Below, piece after piece: positions 59,059 through 64,000 of a stretch of 64,000 nt of DNA. Below the pieces are notes generated by a model. That model did not search any database. It was not told the origin of the DNA and worked only from the letters and a program-made list of their open reading frames with translations. The stretch comes from an uncultured Pseudomonadota bacterium (GTDB lineage Bacteria > Oederibacteriota > Muellerivitia > Muellerivitales > Muellerivitaceae). Made by a program: the position numbers and the translations under genes. How positions within the stretch are numbered: the stretch's first letter is position 1; each line of letters begins with the position of its first letter. The stretch is from the NCBI GenBank assembly GCA_963836235.1, contig CAWIIP010000002.1, forward strand, positions 320,001 to 384,000. Direction: 5' to 3'.

Positions 59059-59352
59059 CTATGATTTACGGGAAGCCACAAATGCCTTCACGGCGGAGAG
59101 CGGGTTATCCAGGGGGGGAACACCTATGACCGTCACATATTCGATTTTCTTTTGGTCATTTTGGTAACCCCAACCGAAAGCCAATTTGGCTTGGGGATGG
59201 TCCTTTAGTTGGTACACTTCCACTTTTCCATTCCAAACCACCTTGCCATCGATGGCCAACCGGACAGGTTGGGTTTGAAGATAAACCGCGTGGCATTTGG
59301 CCCTGTTTTCAATGGCCGCTAAAAGCGCTTCTCGATATTCCCGGTGATCCAT
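59059..59352 (-). CDS. Hypothetical protein
   Basis: AAGGA RBS; VWNGKVEVYQL..HP.A..AFGW. Confidence 0.65.
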   Translation of the reverse strand: MDHREYREALLAAIENRAKCHAVYLQTQPVRLAIDGKVVWNGKVEVYQLKDHPQAKLAFGWGYQNDQKKIEYVTVIGVPPLDNPLSAVKAFVASRKS

Positions 59353-59492
59353 AACTTAATTTTCCTTAATAAAATTTACTGTTTTTTCCCCGGCCAACCG
59401 GCTAAATCAAAGCGCCCTGAAAGATTTTAAATTTTTTTAAATAACTTTTTTTCGACATCTAAACCTTTTCGCGGAAAACTTTAAATTCCCAC

Positions 59493-60707
59493 TCAATAAA
59501 CTGGAGCAATCGTTATGGTGGCCATGGGGCCTTCACCTCCTTCAGCATTCACCGTTGTAATGCCGAAAATATATGCTTTTCCTTGCTTCATTTTTTTGAG
59601 CGTGAGGGTGGTTTCGAGCAGAAGGCTTTTATTCGCCCGCCGGAAATCCTCTGAATCTGACTTCTTCACGTAAAAATTGTAACCCGTCACCCCTTTATCT
59701 TGAACACTATTCCAATGGAGAATAACTGCGCTCTCATCCACGGTATAATCCAGTCCCGTCGGGGCCGGAAGAATCGGGGCTTCAAAGGGGCCAAACCGAT
59801 AACTAAGCGATATCTGGCTTCCAGAGCCCAGGTCTCCCAAAGTGGTTAGGGCATAATCCAATTCCGTCTGCTCCAGTTTTATCCCCACCCCGGCTGACAA
59901 GCCAGCCAATCCCTGGAGATTGCCATAACCGGCTAAACGGTACCCTGCCCGCAAAGCAACCATCCCCTTATACCAATACTCAGCGCCCATGCTCGCGGTG
60001 GAAGCCGTGGAATCATTAAGGGCCAAGTTTCCATCGAGTCCAAACAATAACAGGTTATCCGGAGATAACCGGTTGACGTAGGAACCCGCCACATCTACGG
60101 AAAAAGGAAGGTCGGACCCCTCCAGTGTTCCTCCCAAGTTCAATAAGGTCAGACTCCCCCCCAACCCTATTAGGTAATTCTTGTACTTCAACCCTACGTC
60201 TGCCGCCTCGGTTGAGGAGCTCATGCCGGTTTCCAAGTTTTCCATGATGAATTTTCCATCCACACCAAATTCCAAACCATGGAACAAGGTTAAACCCACC
60301 CCTCCGTAAAGGTCCAAACCCAAGGGGGTAAAACTGCCATTGGCCACCGGAATTCCGGACGAATTCAGGTTATAGAAATCAACCTGGCCAAAATTGAAAT
60401 AATCGCCCCCAAGAGCCAATGCCCAACCTCCGAAACCATGACCGTAAGATAAGTGTTCCACCGTTAGATTTTGAGCCCAAATATTGTGAAGCAACTCACC
60501 TTCGTTTCCCGAAAGCTCGGCCAGCCCCGCCGGATTGACTCCCAGGGCGTCCACATCGTCGGCCAGTGCCCCGAAGGCTCCTGAAAGGGCGGCATCCCGG
60601 GTGCTGTTGGGAATGAGAAGCCACGAGGCGGCTATATCGCCGGCATGGGCGGTCTCTTGGATCAATCCCAATAGGGCAAACAGAACAACCAGCTTCCTTT
60701 TGTTCAT
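59493..60707 (-). CDS. PorV/PorQ-like outer-membrane barrel with C-terminal FN3 domain
   Basis: LLIPNSTRDAALSGAFGALADD..NPAGL, GAEYWY..LRAGY and LDYA..GDLG; FN3 PAPTGL..LHWN..GYNFY. Confidence 0.82.
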   Translation of the reverse strand: MNKRKLVVLFALLGLIQETAHAGDIAASWLLIPNSTRDAALSGAFGALADDVDALGVNPAGLAELSGNEGELLHNIWAQNLTVEHLSYGHGFGGWALALGGDYFNFGQVDFYNLNSSGIPVANGSFTPLGLDLYGGVGLTLFHGLEFGVDGKFIMENLETGMSSSTEAADVGLKYKNYLIGLGGSLTLLNLGGTLEGSDLPFSVDVAGSYVNRLSPDNLLLFGLDGNLALNDSTASTASMGAEYWYKGMVALRAGYRLAGYGNLQGLAGLSAGVGIKLEQTELDYALTTLGDLGSGSQISLSYRFGPFEAPILPAPTGLDYTVDESAVILHWNSVQDKGVTGYNFYVKKSDSEDFRRANKSLLLETTLTLKKMKQGKAYIFGITTVNAEGGEGPMATITIAPVY

Positions 60708-60744
60708 TAAAGCTTCCTGCTTTTTATTAGGTTTGATCAAACTC

Positions 60745-62940
60745 TCAAGGCGTAATCACGATCTTCTTCCAAATCGTTGCCTTAGTGCCATCGGCATAAA
60801 CCATCTTTACCCGTACCAGATAAACCCCCGCCGCTGTTCCAGTGGTATTCCAGCAGTCGTTGAGGCCCGAGGAAAAGGTTAAGGTGGCCTTCGATTCCCT
60901 AACGAAATTAAAGACGTCCCATTGGCTGCTTTGGATCGGCTTGTCAGGGTAAAGGCAGATGGTCCCTCCTTTGGAGACAGGTACCGGCGCCAGGATCGCT
61001 TGGCCAAATGAGGATAATATCGGGGTGGGGGTGGCGGTGAAGGTGGAAGTGGGAGTGTAAGTATAAGTTGGAGTGCAGGTATTACCTGGGTAACCACAGG
61101 GCGTATAGGTTGGAGTCGGGGTGGGCGTATAAGTAATCGTCGGGGTATAGGTATGGGTGAAAGTTGGCGTGAAAGACATGGCCAAACTCACCAGATTATT
61201 GATTAGGTTTTGACCATTGGGGCTTCCCCAACCAGTTGCCAAGTCGAAACCTGTCACAGCAGGAAATTGGGTGACGCTGCCGTTGTTGCCCATAGTGATA
61301 TCGTGGAAGTCGCTATTGTAATTGACCCCTTTGGCAATTGAATAAAGGGTTGGATTCATAAAACCCATCGACCCTATCCCCGAAATGGCCGCTTGCTGGT
61401 TAACGAGCGCGGTAAACCCGGCCCAAAGAGGTGCCGAAGCGCTAGTGCCGCCCTCGTCATCTTGCCCTAGGCAATCGTAAACATAACAATCCGCCCCTAC
61501 CATGGAAACATCGGGAACGTTTCGATAAGTTGAAGAAACATAGTTAGTCCCCGTATTGAGTCCCGATTGATAGGGGGCATAGGTTGAAAGCGAATCACCC
61601 AGGAAGGAACCCGTTAATATCCCCCCGGTCGAATAAAACCAACCATCCGCGGGGGTTACGGCTTTTTCAGAGGACCATGCCGTACCGCTTCCACTCATGG
61701 TCAACTCGGTGGCCCCCACTAGGGTTTGATTAATTTCATCGTCATTTCCCAAACTATAATCACCATAGGGTGGATCAGAAATAAAACCACCTTCGTATGG
61801 CGAATTAGAATTACCATCTCCAGCGGCGAGAAAGTAAGACTGCCCTTGTGCGGCAAATTGACTTAAGATGTTGTTTTCGGTCGTTCGTGTGTCCGGGTCC
61901 CACCCCCAAGAACAGCTGATCTGTTGGCAGCTGTCATCAGTAGCTATACGGTTCAATACGTCGGCTTGAGCGGTTCCCATATAAACCACCACTTGGTTAA
62001 GGCCGGGTGCCATGGACATGGATAATTCGATGTCCATGGCCACTTCCACTTCAGGAGTACCGTCAGCCAAAGAACAATCGGTCGTTGTCGCTGCTGATAG
62101 ACCATCTAAATAAACGTTTGAAATGGGAACACTCAGGGGTGGATTGCATTGACTCTCGTAAGTAATTGGATCACTAGCCGTATAAACGGTGAATTCAACC
62201 AAAGCTAAGGATTGCCCGGCACCGGTAAGTGTTACGCCCGGCACATAGGCGTTCCGGTAATCGCTTCCAATAAAAGTTCCAAAACCACCAACCGTAGGAC
62301 CCGATCCTCCAACATGACCGACAGGCCTTCCATTGTTAAAAGACCGCCTTAGACGAGGCTTGGGACGAGTTTCATTATCAAGCCCGCTGATATGTTCAAC
62401 TTGAACATCCGAATCCAATGAGGGTTCTTGGTCCGGCGCATAGAAAACACTCCCATCCGGCCTTCGGTAGTCGTTAATGTGGACATAGAAGGCTTTTTCG
62501 ACGTCTTGGGCTGACCCACTGACATCCAAAATCAATCGGTTGTTATAAGTGGCAGTCACTGTCAGATGATGGGACTGCGCGAAATCCTGGAGAGTTTGGT
62601 AATCCTGCTGGGTGGGGCCGAACATTTCGGCGAATTGGCCCGGATTGAGGTAATGGCGATACGAAGGACTTTGGGGATCATAAAGTTGTTTTAATAAATT
62701 CTGAAGATTTTGGGTGTTTCGAAGAGGCAAAGAAATAGCCAATCGAATAATAGAAGCCCCATCATGATGTCCCACAAGGAGGGCCGCTGGAATCGATTGG
62801 TTTCGGTGGCCTTTCAGTTGTTGTCGTCCCGCTGCCCAGGTTCGCGCCTGACCGTCCGCAAGTAAAAAGAACATCGTGAAAAAGGTCGCTAGAACCCAAA
62901 AGAACCCTGAATTAGTTCGTTTTTCCAATGTTATTCCCAT
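60745..62940 (-). CDS. S53 (sedolisin/kumamolisin) peptidase with propeptide, TP linker and CTD
   Basis: Pro-domain YDPQSPSYRHYL; EVAMDIE, AAGDG, GGTSASAP and GFDLATGWGSP motifs. Confidence 0.9.
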   Translation of the reverse strand: MGITLEKRTNSGFFWVLATFFTMFFLLADGQARTWAAGRQQLKGHRNQSIPAALLVGHHDGASIIRLAISLPLRNTQNLQNLLKQLYDPQSPSYRHYLNPGQFAEMFGPTQQDYQTLQDFAQSHHLTVTATYNNRLILDVSGSAQDVEKAFYVHINDYRRPDGSVFYAPDQEPSLDSDVQVEHISGLDNETRPKPRLRRSFNNGRPVGHVGGSGPTVGGFGTFIGSDYRNAYVPGVTLTGAGQSLALVEFTVYTASDPITYESQCNPPLSVPISNVYLDGLSAATTTDCSLADGTPEVEVAMDIELSMSMAPGLNQVVVYMGTAQADVLNRIATDDSCQQISCSWGWDPDTRTTENNILSQFAAQGQSYFLAAGDGNSNSPYEGGFISDPPYGDYSLGNDDEINQTLVGATELTMSGSGTAWSSEKAVTPADGWFYSTGGILTGSFLGDSLSTYAPYQSGLNTGTNYVSSTYRNVPDVSMVGADCYVYDCLGQDDEGGTSASAPLWAGFTALVNQQAAISGIGSMGFMNPTLYSIAKGVNYNSDFHDITMGNNGSVTQFPAVTGFDLATGWGSPNGQNLINNLVSLAMSFTPTFTHTYTPTITYTPTPTPTYTPCGYPGNTCTPTYTYTPTSTFTATPTPILSSFGQAILAPVPVSKGGTICLYPDKPIQSSQWDVFNFVRESKATLTFSSGLNDCWNTTGTAAGVYLVRVKMVYADGTKATIWKKIVITP

Positions 62941-63127
62941 GGAAGGGCCCAAAATTACCCCATATGGACCCAAAATTTCATTCCAACTCACTTAATTAAG
63001 ATTATCACAAGACATTGGGCTTAAGACATTCCAAATATTGAATCTTTTAGTAAATCGACGAATCAGCCTAGGAATGGCAAAAGATTGGAATCTCGAAAAA
63101 TGGCATCTCTTTAAAAAATAAAGGGAC

Positions 63128-63790
63128 TTAACCCAACCGGTTGATATCCCGGCTCTCAATCCATTTTTCGGGAGCCCCATCCTTGGCGAGTTTGATCATC
63201 GCCCGTCCCACCTTTCGAGTGGTCGTAACGGAATCAGGAAAGAAAAGTTTAAACAAAGGAAAGAGCGGCCCCAAAACCGTTAGGAGAACCCGAAGCCATT
63301 TGTTCTTGGGCTTGATCCCGTCTTGTGGCTCAATGGCACCAGGCCGAAACATATAAGCCGCCTTGAAAGGCAGGCCTAGGATGGCATTCTCCGTCTCGCC
63401 CTTCACCCTCGCCCACATAACCCGTCCCTTTTCCGTGTTGTCGGTTCCCGTCCCGGACACATAAATGAAGGTCATATCCGGGTTCAACTTGGCCAAAATC
63501 TTCGCCGCCGCCAAAGTGAAATCATAGGTCACATGACGGTAAGCCTGCTCACTCATCCCCACCGAGGAAACGCCCAGGCAGAAAAAACAGGCGTCATAGC
63601 CCGACAATTCGCTTTCAATGGGAGAAAAATCTTCAAAGTTTTTGTGGATGAATTCACGCAGCTTGGGATGATTTTGCCCTGTGGTCCCTCTGCCAATGAC
63701 CAGCACCTGGGTGACATCCGGATCGGTCAGGCATTCCCTCAGGACACCCTGCCCCACCATACCTGTCGCCCCAAATAGTATGACCTTCAT
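63128..63790 (-). CDS. NAD(P)-binding epimerase-like protein
   Basis: GATGMVG, CFFCLG and WARVKG motifs. Confidence 0.88.
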   Translation of the reverse strand: MKVILFGATGMVGQGVLRECLTDPDVTQVLVIGRGTTGQNHPKLREFIHKNFEDFSPIESELSGYDACFFCLGVSSVGMSEQAYRHVTYDFTLAAAKILAKLNPDMTFIYVSGTGTDNTEKGRVMWARVKGETENAILGLPFKAAYMFRPGAIEPQDGIKPKNKWLRVLLTVLGPLFPLFKLFFPDSVTTTRKVGRAMIKLAKDGAPEKWIESRDINRLG

Positions 63791-64000
63791 TGCGCCGCTA
63801 CCTTATTTCGTTTGGCTTCTAATTCTTCCCAACGCATGAAAAAGGAATCCAGCTTGACTTGCTCGGCGTCAGCCTTCTTCTGTTGTTGCCGTAGTTTGTG
63901 GACATCCGAAGCGATTTCGGGATCCTCCAGTTTAGCTTTGGCCACTCGAAGCTTTTCCTCGGCGGCTCGAATCGCGGTTTCCATATCTTTAAGTTCCTGA
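63787..64000 (-). CDS. C-terminus of an ABC-F (Uup-like) ATPase, partial
   Basis: ELKDMETAI..LEDPEI..RWEELE coiled-coil CTD. Confidence 0.7.
   Translation of the reverse strand, partial: QELKDMETAIRAAEEKLRVAKAKLEDPEIASDVHKLRQQQKKADAEQVKLDSFFMRWEELEAKRNKVAAQ

Noticed and set aside
1-64000. tRNA, rRNA, CRISPR arrays and prophage genes
   Set aside because: None were recognised by eye; a covariance-model scan would be needed to exclude small RNAs.

Overview
64 kb of a roughly 50% GC diderm bacterium. Secreted enzymes carry long Thr/Pro linkers and T9SS-like C-terminal domains, and there is a PorV-like barrel; this resembles uncultured lineages such as FCPU426, but that is inference only. Housekeeping and signalling genes include a DEAD-box helicase, ffh, cardiolipin synthase, hrpB, two class III cyclases, a Ser/Thr kinase-WD40 protein, and a PAS kinase with two REC-zinc-ribbon regulators. 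The most unusual feature is a ~3.76 kb AT-rich island that splits comM. It has no recombinase or transposase, replaces about 25 conserved comM codons, and is bounded by 61-bp imperfect direct repeats that are the 5' coding end of its own tandem XRE-HTH gene. It carries defence-like cargo (AbiV-like, DprA plus PRTase, DUF4145). Other highlights are a Cys-rich leader ORF ending in PPP whose codons pair with the RBS of a CxxCGC outer-membrane barrel, a pqqA-B-(insert)-C-DE operon (pqqA is missing from the ORF track) behind a secreted PQQ-type propeller protein, a diiron-enzyme/aminotransferase cluster, and an IS30 that interrupts a site-2 protease gene. Several genes carry single-base frameshifts that may be sequencing errors. 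All family assignments come from reading motifs by eye; no database searches were run.
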